From positions 48,608,001 through 48,672,000 of the forward strand of contig OX597821.1 of NCBI GenBank assembly GCA_951406725.2: a stretch of DNA of 64,000 nt, read 5' to 3'. This document shows positions 1 to 12,962 of this stretch, piece by piece (positions within the stretch are counted from its first letter, which is position 1; each line of letters opens with the position of its first letter). A program made the position numbers and the translations under genes. The DNA is from Octopus vulgaris (taxonomy: Eukaryota). Under the pieces are notes generated by a model, which worked only from the letters and a program-made list of their open reading frames with translations, did no database searches and was not told the DNA's origin.

Positions 1-86
1 AATCTCCCATAGGTGGAAGATTTTTAAGTGTTTTTTCTTTTAAAACTGCGCCCAGTAGCTAATGTTTTTCGCAGCGTGGCTCTAAG

Positions 87-250
87 ATGCCACCCAAACG
101 CGCTACACCTTCTAAGGCTTCTGGCAGTGAACCTAAGCGCCAGAAAAAAGTTATGACGCTTCCATGAGAAGGTACAACAACTGGATATGTCCCAGGAAGG
201 TAAAAGTTATGCTGCAGTAGATCGCTATTATGTTGTCAACGAAAACCGAA
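87..250 (+). mobile_element. Pogo/Tigger-like transposase N-terminal fragment (frameshifted, truncated by microsatellite)
   Basis: Reads MPPKRATPSKASGSEPKRQKKVMTL / [27 protein letters not shown], resembling the psq/CENP-B N-terminal HTH of pogo/Tigger transposases. Confidence 0.6.
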
Positions 251-268
251 AACACCATATATATATAC

Positions 269-332
<64 letters not shown>

Positions 333-347
333 ATGTATGTATGTATG

Positions 348-379
<32 letters not shown>

Positions 380-599
380 TATATATATATATAAGGTGAT
401 AAAACCAGCAAAGGCAATGTAGAATTGTGAGGAACCATAACCTCGCACCATCTACGGGATAATAAATACCCTATATACTACTGGATGCATACCTATGTAT
501 TTACATCCAAATGCTTACTATTGCAAGGCAATAGCGAAATTGAATAATAGGTATGAGTTGAGGTAAACAAAAGTTTACCCAGAATCTATAAGGCAAAGA

Positions 600-980
600 A
601 GAAAATGGAGAAGATAAATAGTTGACAAGTGTCATCTTACAAACATCAATTAGATCTATTTATTAATTATAATCATATGGATAAATAAATAAATAATTAA
701 ATAATAAGAATTAGTGAATACAATTTTACTCTTACACCGGTTTCTACTTTGGGGGGTCCAGCATATCAAAGTTGACACATCATACAAATATTATACAGAG
801 ATCCTACCAAGGTTGAACAAAAGTTGGACAAAAGTAGAAATAGCTGTAAGAGTAAAATTTTATTCACTCATTTATCCATATTTTATTTTATTTATTGATC
901 CATAAGATTGTAATTAATAAATAGATCTAATTGATGTTTGTAAGCTGATATTTGTCAACTATTTATCTCCTCCATTTTCT
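600..980. repeat. Imperfect inverted repeat (fold-back), arms ~600-735 and ~846-980
   Basis: agaaaatggagaagataaatagttgacaa...acaaacatcaattagatctatttattaatta is mirrored by taattaataaatagatctaattgatgtttgt...ttgtcaactatttatctcctccattttct. Confidence 0.85.
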
Positions 981-1522
981 TCATTACACATACACACACA
1001 CACACACACTCACACACAAACGATGTCATAAATAACAATGACAAACGAAAATACACCGCCGATAGTTGTTGTTGACAAACAACGGCAGTAATTTTATTCA
1101 GCTGAATACACGTCATTGATTGATTGAAATAACCGAAATATGAGAACTTCGACGTGAAATAACTTCGTAAAAGTAATTTTTTTTCCTCAAAAATGCTAAG
1201 AGTAAAAGATGTTTTATATGATACATTCTACCAGTGTCCGAAGTTTGTAAGTGTTTAGTAACAAAAAATTATTTTTTTAAATCTGTCGCTCAAATGGTAA
1301 AGACCCTTGAAGTTTTTAAACAGTGAGAAATCAGTTTATTTGGAAAGAAACAATGCAGTTATTAATTAAGAAAAGAGATGAAATTAATGCATGCAAAATT
1401 TCACAGATTTAGCATCAATCCTTCAAAGTCAACCTATGAACTTTTCAGACAACCCTTGTACACTTACACACACACACACACACACATACATATACTTTTA
1501 TACATATATTTATACATACACA

Positions 1523-1583
<61 letters not shown>

Positions 1584-2586
1584 TTATTTCTAGAAGTGAG
1601 TTTGCTGAGTTAAAATGTTTCATACTACCAGGTGTATGCTATGAGAACTACAACGAAAATTGGTAGCGACGTGCAAATAATTTTGAGGATTTATTTGACA
1701 AGATTATTATTAGTCTATCAACTACTTTAATTAACCTGTTTTATGTTGAGAATGAAACAAAAGACCATTTTGATTTAGAAAACCACCACATTTAAAACCC
1801 CTGTCAATATGGTCTGTCTTCCTAATTACACCAAGAAAGTATGATATCTATTAGTTTTTTTTCTGTATTGTTTCATGTTGTGTCCGTCTCTCAGTGTCTG
1901 TTTTGCTTTTTCTCCTTCGTTTCCTTTGTTTTCATTTTCGTTTGTATTTTAGTATATTCACTTTCACATGAACAAAGACTAAACACGGAAAGATGCAAAA
2001 AAAAAAGAGGAAGCATTATATATATATATATAACGATTGTTGGAACCAAATAAATGACAGGAAGAAAACATTATTAGTTGAAAAAGCCCTTTATTTTCAT
2101 CGTTACAACTTCTTTGATACAACTTCTTTGAGTTGTTACTCAATGATTAATTTTCTCTTGCGTTATCTATTCTGTAGGTAGTTAACTTCTTCTGAGGATG
2201 ATTGGTAGAAAACTTGTCTGAAAGGGAAAAGGAGAAAGAGCAAGAGGATCTAAACAAGTAGAGAGGGTAAAATCTGTCCCTCGCATAAGGTGCTTCCTCC
2301 GTCGGCGCCCAAAAAAGGGAACAACAAAGTTTGGGCTCTGTATTTATATTTTCTCTAAATTTGGATAGGTTAGACAAAGGATTTTCCGTCTCTTATCTGC
2401 CTGAACCCTATTTACCTGAAAATGTTGATTTAAACAATAGAATTTAACTAAGTGTAGCAGTTGACTCACATAGATTTCTAAGTGCAAAAGTCGACAACAA
2501 TAAGAAAGGAACAGGTAGGAAAATGTAGATTCGGTTTCAAATCGTAGCTTAAAAACTAGGAAAGTATTCGTTATATGTATGTGTGA

Positions 2587-2631
<45 letters not shown>

Positions 2632-2636
2632 CGTAT

Positions 2637-2717
<81 letters not shown>

Positions 2718-3281
2718 TACATATATATACAGACATATATATACAGGCATACATTTATGAAAATGTGCACACCTACTTATACCTACACACTCAGATGAGC
2801 ACACACGAACACTTATGTGTGTATGTATACAGGCAAGCAGATAGGTAGGTAGGTAGGTAGGTAGGTAGGTAGGTAGGTATTTTGGTAGGTAGGTAAGAAG
2901 GTAGGCCGGTAGTTAGGTATTCAGTGAATCCATATGCCTTGTAACAGCAAAAATCTGCACCACAAATATTCCTCTTCAAGACACAGGTATGTCGAGGTAA
3001 AACTTTTTTCTAGGAAAGCCGATTGTTGCTCTTATATGCAAGTCTTCCAACTATGAGACAGTGATGATGCTCAAGAAGACAGGTCCAACACAGTTCCAGC
3101 AGCAGTCTGGTTGCAGATATTGTTATCAGAACGCAATTAGTTGACATATCGTTCCATACAGTTCTATATTTAAGAGATGAGGAATTATGCACATTATTTA
3201 TAATTGACGGGTATATGGCATAGAGGTTAAGAGCGCGGGCTACTGGCCCCAAGATTCCAAGCTCGATTCTAGGCAGTGATT

Positions 3282-3321
<40 letters not shown>

Positions 3322-3323
<2 letters not shown>

Positions 3324-3899
3324 GCCCTGATGCAGTACCATAAATGCCCTGATGCAGTACCAGGCAGTGGCCCTCATGGCTTCTGATCTTAACTGATTGG
3401 AAGTGTTATCATGTACATTGTTTTGTCTTGGTATAAAAGATGGGCTACAGCAAATATTCTGCTCAATACCACAGATTTGCTTGTCAGTTGTTTGACCTTA
3501 ACCAGTTGAGCATGTCCCTTAGTGGCAGACGATATGTGCATCTCTGATCACGAGCAGAAGTAGTGGGGGAGCATCATAGCCATGTGTTGAGAGGGATTCT
3601 TTGGGGTTTGAATAATTCACCTCTGGAAACATGGGTGGTTCTTTCAACATCCTTAAACAACCCTTATTCAGGGACCTTTTGAGCGGGATGGGCTACTCAA
3701 CCTGAAGAAAATTCTAACTGGGCCCCACCTGCAAGGTCATGTGCTGTTTATCTTGATATGAGATCACCATGTCGTGCACATATGGTTGTGATGCATGTGC
3801 CTGGTGTACCTTTATCAGACGGGTAGCCATGATGGGTATATTGGGCTTCGTATATTTTACCCCAGTGTCACTTTGATGGCATGCACTGCTCTCTCACTC
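3322..3899 (-). mobile_element. ~580-bp non-coding element inserted in (AAT)n, copy 1
   Basis: Close reverse-complement copy at 62166-62755; both are flanked on each side by (AAT)n/(ATT)n; terminal motif ATGCCCTGATGCAGTAC is tandemly duplicated; strand is inferred. Confidence 0.85.
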
Positions 3900-3954
<55 letters not shown>

Positions 3955-4004
3955 GCATCGAAAAATACCTTAGGAATAAGAACCAAGGTTCGAAATTTCC
4001 CCAA

Positions 4005-4050
4005 GACACCTGATGAAGGCTGGAGGGTATATCAGCCGAAACATTGTGTT
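4005..4050 (+). ncRNA. Minimal type I hammerhead ribozyme motif (Penelope-type), helix III probably mutated
   Basis: gacac CTGATGA a ggctg gagggtatat cagcc GAA acat t gtgtt: helix I gacac/gtgtt, helix II ggctg/cagcc. Confidence 0.7.
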
Positions 4051-4139
4051 AACAACAAACAAGATAAGGACAAATATCCGTCAAATGTAAATAATGTATA
4101 TCGTTCCACGTCCAAGGTTGCTGTTTTATACTAAAGAGA

Positions 4140-4785
4140 ATACTTCTTCTTTGATAACCAATGTTACCTTCAAATAGTCAGGGCAATTGACATGAAAGTT
4201 GCGCACACGTTTGAAGCAGTAGTGACAGGATACGTTGAAGAAAAACTTTATGCCTGATTGCGATTAATTCTGATCACCATTTTCAATCTTATTGAAAACA
4301 AAAGCTGGAAAAAGATTACTGGATGATTTCTTCGTATTCAGGAAGAGAAACCAGGAAGACCTTATAAGATTCCTTACATTAATAAATCGCATTCAATTTA
4401 CCATGGAAATGAATGAAAGGAAACTTCCTTTTTAGACATCTCTGCGACAAGCACACAGATATATACCAATACTTAGATCCTAGATCTAGTCGCTCATCCC
4501 ATATTAAAAAGAACACCTGATTTAATATAAGATGTATATACTCGATAGTCATGGAAATGATTAGTAGGACTCTCTTTACTCTTTTACTCTTTTACTTGTT
4601 TCAGTCATTTGACTGCGGCCATGCTGGAGCACCGCCTTTAGTCGAGCAAATCGACCCCGGGACTTATTCTTTGTAAGCCCAGTACTTATTCTATCGGTCT
4701 CTTTTGCCGAACCGCTAAGTGACGGGGACGTAAACACACCAGCATCGGTTGTCAAGCAATGCTAGGGGGACAAACACAAACACGA

Positions 4786-4818
<33 letters not shown>

Positions 4819-5450
4819 CATATATACGACAGGCTTCTTTCAGTTTCCGTCTACCAAATCCACTCACAAGGCATTGGTCGGCCCGGGGCTATAGCAGAAG
4901 ACACTTGCCCAAGGTGCCACGCAATGGGACTGAACCCGGAACCATGTGGCTGGTTAGCAAGCTACTTACCACACAGCCACTAAAAATATTTCATCAGAAA
5001 CAAAAAAAAAAAAAACTTAGTGAATTATTCCATAACCAAGGTAAAAGAAATCCTCATGAGGGTAAACTCAAAAGCAAAAGCATAAATGTTCCGTTTGTAG
5101 TCACCCATAATCCAAGAAATCATAACGCCTTACATTCGAACAAAACGATACCTTCAAATTCTCATCAAATCTCAGAAAAATAATTTAAAAATCACAAATT
5201 ATCAACAGCTGAAATCAGCCATCAGATATTAAAAGACCCTTAACAAAGTTGAAATCCACAACAGAAGAAATAATTGAGGAAAACAATATGTGAATATCTT
5301 TGGTTTGGGACGTGTGAACAGGGAAAACTCAAAATTTTCAAATATGGAAAGAAACTGAAGACTAAAATGACTATGAATTGCAAAACAAAACATTTCATTT
5401 ACTACATCACACTTCCACAATTCAAGGAGAATTATATCAGATAACAAGAT
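4140..5450 (+). mobile_element. Decayed Penelope-like retroelement RT/linker fragment, interrupted by a SINE
   Basis: Segments WKRLLDDFFVF, IQFTMEMNERKLPF and VPFVVTHNPRN resemble the PLE RT C-terminal region. Confidence 0.55.
4571..4981 (-). mobile_element. tRNA-derived SINE family A copy
   Basis: Minus strand shows an A-box (TGGCTGTGTGG), a B-box (GGTTCAGTCCC), CORE-like ccttgggcaagtgtcttc, an internal microsatellite and an (AAAAGAGT)n tail; about 10 copies in the window. Confidence 0.9.
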
Positions 5451-5589
5451 AAAAGTTAATACATCGCGGGTGAGTACGTAAACAACAAATTAAATATTCA
5501 TCTCTTGGAAACGTTCCATGTAGAAAACATTTAGATACTTGTGCATAGAAACTTCAGATTATTCCCGTTCATCAAAATAAAGAAATTTT

Positions 5590-6563
5590 ATGATCAACTA
5601 CGAAGGAACAGCGTGCTTCCGTGGAATTCTGTTTTCTGCTGGGAAAAACAGCGGTCAAAACAGTTGTCATGCTTCAAACAGCTTACAAGGACGTTGCCAT
5701 GAGTAAAACGACAAGTTTATCAGTGGTTTTTTATGCTTTAGGAATGGTCACTTGTCGCTTGAAGGCCAACCTCGTTCAGGGTAACCGTCAACCTCCCGAA
5801 CGAATGAAAACATCTCGAAAATTCATGAAATGACCTTAGAGGACCGTCACCGAACAATTGACGAACTTGTTAATATGATTAGTGCGTCATGAAGCACCTG
5901 ACAAGGAATTTGCGCTTCGCTTGCTCATGGAAGATCAAAAGCAGTCACAGAAACGAAGCAACAATCAAGCCAATGGAAGCATTCAATGTCACTTCGCCCC
6001 CCCACACACACACACCAAAAAAAAAAAGTGCGTCAAGTGAAGTCCAGTGTCAAGACGATACTGATTTGTTTCATCGACGCGAAAGGAATTGACACACAGA
6101 ATGTGTTCCTCCTGATCAAACTGTTAACCAAACATTTGCGAGACACGGTGAGAGGAAAACGCTACGACTTATGGAAAAGTGGAGCTGGCGGTTGCTTCAT
6201 CCCGACAATACGCCTACGCACACCGCTTTGGGTGTGAGACAGTTTATGACCAAGAATGGCATGACCTGGCTTACCTACCCTCCCAATTCACCCAGTCTTG
6301 TTCCCAACAACTTTTTGTGTCCCCACCCCGAATGAAAACGTCCTGTAGATGTGAAAGAGATGAAGGAAAAAACGACGGAGGCGTTAAAAGGCATCATTTC
6401 AAAAGAGTTTCAGGTCTGCTTCGAACAGAGGAAAATGCGTCTGGATTGGTGCATTGCTTCAAATGGAGAACACTTTGAAAGCGATAAAAACAAAATTTCA
6501 TTTAAAACTAAGGGAACAAAATAATATTGCAAAATTCCGGTTTCTTTTAGGTACCCCCTCGTA
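5590..6563 (+). mobile_element. Degenerate Tc1/mariner transposon
   Basis: EFCFLLGKTA..TVVMLQTAY, KKVRQVKSSVKTILICFIDAKGI and HPDNTPTH motifs; right TIR-like end ggtaccccctcgta; many frameshifts. Confidence 0.85.
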
Positions 6564-7835
6564 TATAGGTTTATATATATGTTAGTTTTTATGTGAAGCT
6601 ATAAATAAAAACAATTTAACATTAACATTTTTAATAGAATACATGTTTATTAACTTTTACGAAGAAAATTTTGACATTGAATTGGAATCAGTTTGTGGTT
6701 TATTTTGGCTCTTCTGACAGTTTTTGGCTGAAGATTCTTCTGTTAGGTAAAGTAAATGAGAATAAAGTGTGGTGTTTGCATAGGAAGAGTGAAAAGAGAA
6801 CGATAGGAGAGAAATACGTGTTTGTGGGGTGTGAGTTGATTGAAAGGTATGGGGAAGACAGTTATTCTAGTTTGATGCGAATTTTCTTACTTCTTAGGGT
6901 TCAGTCCGGCGATTAAGTAAAGAAATAAACAGATATATCATATTCATCAAACTTTATGTGACTTCGTTGGTTTTAGTGCTTAGTTAATTTTTGGATTATT
7001 TCAGGGTTCACAAAAATATGTTTCTAGATAGTAAAGTTGGATCTATCACACAGCATAACTCAGACCAGGGGTGAATTTGTGGTGATATTAGCACCGTTTT
7101 TAAAACACAAATTAGATCGATTATGTTAGAAAGATTTAGATTGTTACGAAGAAAATGTAAGTTCCATTATTAAAAGATGAATTTACAATCATTCCAAACA
7201 GATTCTTTTGGTGCTGAAATAAAGAAATCGTTATACTTGCGATGTCAAGGAAAAATCATAAAACGAAATGAGTTTGAAGATAGATAAAGCGTAATGACAT
7301 TGTCAGCTTATTAAAATCGTTGAAATGGGGTTGGGTAGGATATGGCGAGAAAACGAAGGACAAAAGTTAAGTGAAAACTCTAGAAGATTGGATCTCCCAA
7401 ACCCGTAATTAATATAGAGGACAATGATGGACAAAGTAGACGGATGAAATGAATATATTTGACGAAGATTAGAGAGAAAGCAAGGGAACTTGAAAGCTTT
7501 GAAGAAATAAAAGGCAAGTTTATACCCAGCGGGGTGTAAGAAATGGCTGTTTTTAAGGAAATTTTATTCAATCCTAAACTCTATGGTGCTTAGATGGCAT
7601 ATTAAACTCCATGGTAGACTTTAATATATTGGATGAGAAGGAAAGAGGAAGTAAGAAGAGCATAAAGAGGTGATTGTGATAGGGTCAACGCGGGACAGTT
7701 ATCTTTCTGTATTTTCTTTTGTAGGAGAATCTGATTCCAGCACCAGTTATATAGTTCCTTCCCTCATTACAACAGTAATGTGTGCTTCCACCTGCTTACG
7801 TAGATTAAAGCTGAAATGTATTTTATTACGAACTA

Positions 7836-8032
7836 GCAGAATCGTTAGCACGCTGGCAAAATGCTTAACGGCATTTCATTTTTACGTTCTGAGTTCGAAT
7901 TCCACCGATGTCGACTTTGCCTTTCGTCTTTTCGGAGTCGATAGAATAGGTACCAGCTGAGCACTAAGGTCGATGTAATCGACTTAGCCCTTTCTGTGAA
8001 AAAAACTGCTAGCCTTGTACCAAGATTTGAAA
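7836..8032 (+). mobile_element. SINE family B copy (diverged)
   Basis: gttctgagttcgaattcc...gtcgactttgcctttc...gtcgat...gtaccag shared with the copies at 12428 and 25699. Confidence 0.75.
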
Positions 8033-10360
8033 CACGTGTGATGCATCGTGGCACAGGTGAAATATATTTGCTGATAAAAGTTTGACAGGTAAACCGTGAA
8101 CGAACATCTTAGTTTGTTGCGATTCGCAAGAATTACTAGAATTTATTCATTGAATATCCAAAAATAAAAGAGCTGTCTTTTGGTAGAATTCCAGCTTAGA
8201 ACCATGTGTCACATTGATAACCATGAACATGTTGCCAAATATGCAATATAGTGGTTCTTATATATTTATCAAAGTTGGCACCAATAATTGAGCAAATAAG
8301 TTTTCTTTCAGCGTTCTAGCTATCAGCATCAATCTCTTCCTACAACCAGATATTTTGTTAAAATAGACGTCAAGAATAACAATTTCTCTAAAGCAAGAAA
8401 CAAGAACAACAACATCAACAATAACAGAAAACGATGATAGTGTAGAAAGCAAATAACCAAGAAAATAAGTGAAAATAAAAAAAAAATAGAATGAAGGGAA
8501 AAAATAGTGGAAGAAATTCAAGTGCGAGAATACCGTGGAGAATAAGTAGAAAACATAAGAAATCCTACGCAAAAATTATTGAATGCATTAGCAGAAATCT
8601 TTGTTGTTAATGCAAACTTATAAAACCCTCGACGTAATGTTATTACATCGATAGGATAAATGGGGAGACTATTAGATTTATTTAACTACATTAATGGAGA
8701 TATTAGTCTATACTTCGTTTGTATTGCATTCTTCTCTCTCATTTCATAGATATTATTACAATTTTGTCAATGTAGTTATTTATCTTATTATTGCTTGATG
8801 TCTTTATTCAAACTTGAATGTGTTTTTCTTCGTAATATTAACACATTTTAGAAATCTTTATTATTAAATTATCTTGTAAAAGAAGGTTTATTAAATCGAA
8901 ATGCTAGATTTCAAATTGCATTTATAAGCAATACCAACACATAGTTATCAAACACCGAGATATAGGGAATGTGATGGTATGACATGCATGGTATTTCACA
9001 TCAACTTTACTGATGTAATTCCGAAAGAACATTTATAATTGTGAATGAAAACTGATAGGTTAAGTTCAGTTGCTTGGCCCTAATTCTACAACTGCCCCAT
9101 AATATATTGGTAAATATATTATGAACTAGTCAGAAATATCAATTGTCTGGTAGCATAATTTATAAATATTCCCACGTTTTACGAAAGAAAATTAGTCATT
9201 TACCTCTCTGTGAATAATATAGTTGAAGAAGAAATAGGATTTGTACTGTTCACGATTATCCAAAGGCACTAATTGGTACTAAACTTGGTTTTAGTGACAA
9301 AATAATAGCTATAGTAATAAAAGGTTCTGCATGGTTAGAAGATATTGGAATTTTCTGAAATGAGTAAAATGAATACGTTCTACTAGATTTTCCACATAAT
9401 CTTGCATGAACAACAGAGCAGAAAACGGTTGACCCCAATTAGGCATTGAAAGTAAAAAAACAACTATAATTGTGTGAATAAGGGATATGAATGGACAGTG
9501 ATTCTTGGCTGCATAAGTTCTATGATGTCAATAAAAATATTGACATCAAAGGAAGACAAAGAACTACTTAACGAGAAGTGGTGGGATCAAATCTTAGCAT
9601 ATTGAATTCTACATAAGAAATCAAGACGCAAAATCAAGACAAGCGGTATTATATGAAACTGCAACTTTATCCAACCCAAGTTAATATAAAAAAAATAAAA
9701 AACGATAACATTAATTTCAACTTTTATGTCTGATACCCTAAATCTATAAATGTCAACTTACCCATATTTCAAACTGAAGGTTATTTCAATAGTCATTAAA
9801 TTTATTCTTGGATACAATTTTAATCTTTGATTTGACAACCTCTCTTCATAATTGATTCCAATATTGATCTTGGTTTGCTCTCAGGATACCTTGTTGCGTT
9901 GCTTCTTAAATGATTTTTGTGAATGCTTTTTTTATCAGTGACTGAATGACTTGTAAGATATTCATTTTTTTTTTCAGAAGAACCGCTGTTCCTGTTACAA
10001 TCTTAAATGTATGTCAAAGTGGTGGAAGGCAGGAGAGTTAAATCTACGTTCTTAGTTCAAAGCACACAAGCGTCAAATTAAATTGCAATTCATCCAAGCC
10101 TAATCACCAAGTCACTCTTTTCCCCTCTTCCCTCTCTCCGCACACAAAAATTGTTAATAAGAAAAATTACGGAATACATATGCATGTGTGTATATATAAA
10201 CACATATACATAAATGCATGCATACATACATACATACATACATACATACATACATACATACATACATGCATACATACATACATACATACATACATACATA
10301 CATACATACATACATACATACATACATACATACATACATACATACATACATACATACATA

Positions 10361-10937
10361 CAGAGAAACTGTGTACAGTTGTGGAAATTAGCTGCCCAGC
10401 AGATAGGTCAGTGAAAAAGAGAATACCTACGCTGAACTATTGAGAAATCTGCAGTTACTCTATCCAGATTACAAGTTCAGGTTTATACTTGTAATTATTG
10501 GGGCCCTGGGATATGTAACGCACTGCCTAAATAATTGAGAAATTAAGCTTCTCAAAACCAGAAAGGAGAAAGCTAATTCGAAAACTTCAAATCCAATCCA
10601 TCACTGGAACTGTAAAAGTCTGTAAAACTTTCCAGAAATTCAACATTTAAATATATATGAGCATGTCTCGATATGCAATTATATGCATGAGAATGCATAC
10701 ATAAAACAAAACATACAATTCTACCCATATGCTTGTATACATAAATACATAAACACATACATACATACATACATACATACATACATACATACATACATAC
10801 ATACATACATACAACATAATGCATACAAACAAAAATATCCTGTTGATGTTGAAATTCCAATGAAGGAATCTTGATGTAGGTTAGAAACCGGCCTTTTCTT
10901 TATTGGCAATAAATCTTGAAATAAAACTAAATAATGA
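10361..10937 (+). mobile_element. 5'-truncated RLE-type non-LTR retrotransposon 3' end (R4/Dong-like), copy 1
   Basis: EKLCTVVEISCPAD...YAELLRNLQLLYPDYKFRFILVIIGALG followed by a 3' UTR; flanked by (CATA)n on both sides. Confidence 0.75.
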
Positions 10938-10948
10938 CATACATACAT

Positions 10949-11395
10949 GTCATCAGGGTATTATCTGCTGATGAGACATGATGTTGTAGCTAGAGCACTG
11001 TATAACGAGATCTGTCGAAAGGTTAACCCCAGAGACAAAGAAATAAGAGCCCACAGTACGGTGGAAGTCATAGCCACTCATAATAAAAAAGAGTACTGGT
11101 GGAATGTTCCAGTCAAAACCTCAATAAAATGTAAATATAAGAGATCTGATATAATGATTTGGGATAGAGAAGAGAAATTGTGTGCAGTTGTGGAAATCAG
11201 CTGCCCAGCAGATGTTAACATAAAGCTGAAGATCAGTGAAAAAGGAAATATTTACGTTGAACTATTGAGAAACTGCAGTTACTCTATCCAGATTACAAGT
11301 TCAGGTTTATACCTGCAATCGTTGGAGCGCTGGGATATACAACATGCTGCCTAAATACCAATCTTGAAAATTTAGGCTTCTCAAAACCAGAACTG
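10949..11395 (+). mobile_element. RLE-type non-LTR retrotransposon fragment (R4/Dong-like), copy 2
   Basis: RHDVVARALY...WWNVPVKT...KRSDIMIWDREEKLCAVVEISCPADVN matches the RH, PD and D/E motifs of a restriction-like endonuclease. Confidence 0.8.
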
Positions 11396-12025
11396 GGAGT
11401 GTACTCTTGACAGTGCTTACGAGTGATAATGTTCTTCGTATTTGGGCAGAAACTGTATATATTTATCGAGTGCCTGTTAAAAATATTTATGATTTACTGG
11501 GAAATGCTTATCTAAAAAAAAAAAAGACAGGAACTTGTTGCCTGCGTTAGCTTTAACATTTGGGGAGAAAGGGATATGCGACCCATATTATTTTCCATGG
11601 TCTATTTTTAGAATAGACCTAAACGGGAGTTTAGGTCTATGAAACATCCAAAATGTAGACTTTAGAGAGTTAAGTGATAAACAGTGATTTTGTGGCCTAA
11701 TTACCCCTCTCCGTTCAATAAATCTACAACAACGGTCAAAGAAAGCGTAACTCTAATATTTTTCTTCCCTTTCTTTTCTTTTCTCACTTTTACTCACCCT
11801 TTGTCTTCTCATCTCACTTGTTTTCTCGTCTACCAGTGTCTAGATTTTCAAATAGAACAAACCATGTGCTCAGAGCCTGAGACTGCTTGTAGACACAAGA
11901 CACGATATAAAAACCTGCTTAACCATGTACCTTAATGGCAAGAAACTATTAGTATCTCTTATTTTAATACAGTGCACATTAAACCATATTCATTTCTAAC
12001 CGGATAGAGTGCTTTCTTTGTAGTA

Positions 12026-12177
12026 GTTTCTTTCAGTTTCCATTTCCCAAATTCACTTACAAGACTTTAGCCGGTTCGAGGCAATGATAGAAGACACTTG
12101 CCAAAGGTACAACGCAGTGGGATTAAACCCGGAGCCATGTGCCTGGGAAGCAAACTTCTTACCACACAGCCACGCCT
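12026..12177 (-). mobile_element. SINE family A, diverged 5' half
   Basis: aagacacttgccaaagg...accacacagccacgcct. Confidence 0.75.
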
Positions 12178-12427
12178 TTTTCCTTCTCTGAGTTGAAGAG
12201 CCTTGGGTCAGTTTTCGTGTGGCTGACCACTTAAGGAAACAGTTTACTTCCTAAGGAAACTTACTCACCAATCATCAAGTGATGTCGCTACATCCAAAGT
12301 AGCCGGTTATCATAACATTAAATACTACCACAAAGTTACGCATGTGAATTAATTAAAAATGTGGCAAGAATGTTTAGGATAAAGACACACTTATATGTTA
12401 ATAAAACTCTATTTCAATATTCATATT

Positions 12428-12830
12428 TAATAAGGCGATGAAGAGGCAGAATCGTTATCGCGATAGACAAAATGGTTAGCGAAATTTCTTCCGACTTCAC
12501 GTTCTGAGTTCAAATTCCGCCGAGGTCGACTTTGCCTTTCATCCTTTCGGGGTCGATTAAATAAGTACCAGTTACGCACTGGAGTCGATGTTATCGACTT
12601 AATCTTTTTGTCTGTCCTTGTTTGTCCCCTCTATTTAACCCCAACCCCACCCGTGGGCAATAAAGAAATAAATATTCATATTTAATAAGGCGATGAAGAG
12701 GTAGAATCGTTATCGCGACAGATAAACTGGTTAGCGAAATTTCTTCCGACTTTACGTTCTGAGTTCAAAGGCCGCCTGGGCTCGACTTTACCTTTCACTT
12801 TTTGGGGTCGATAAAGTAAATACCATTTTG
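12428..12830 (+). mobile_element. SINE family B, tandem pair (12428-12672 and partial 12683-12830)
   Basis: Direct repeat taataaggcgatgaagagg.agaatcgttatcgcga...gttctgagttcaaa; B-box-like GAGTTCAAATTCC; central gcctttcatcctttcggggtcgat..aataagtacca recalls the Deu/Nin SINE domain. Confidence 0.8.
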
Positions 12831-12962
12831 TGTACACGAATGTGCTAAATTTAATTGTGCAAACTTGTGTGTGCGTCTGTGTGTGTGCGTGTGTCTGTGT
12901 GTGTATGTGTGTGTGTGCGCACACACACGCACACACATACACATGTATATATATGGTGGTTG

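Larger units (their letters stand above)
3159..4098 (+). mobile_element. Composite repeat: tRNA-like head, (AAT)n tract and hammerhead-bearing tail; homologous parts at 62821-63075
   Basis: Head tggcatagaggttaagagcgcgggctact...gctcgattc; tail ttcgaaatttccccaagacacctgatgaaggctgg...ccgtcaaatgtaaataatgta; the left end is the reverse complement of the tail end. Confidence 0.6.
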
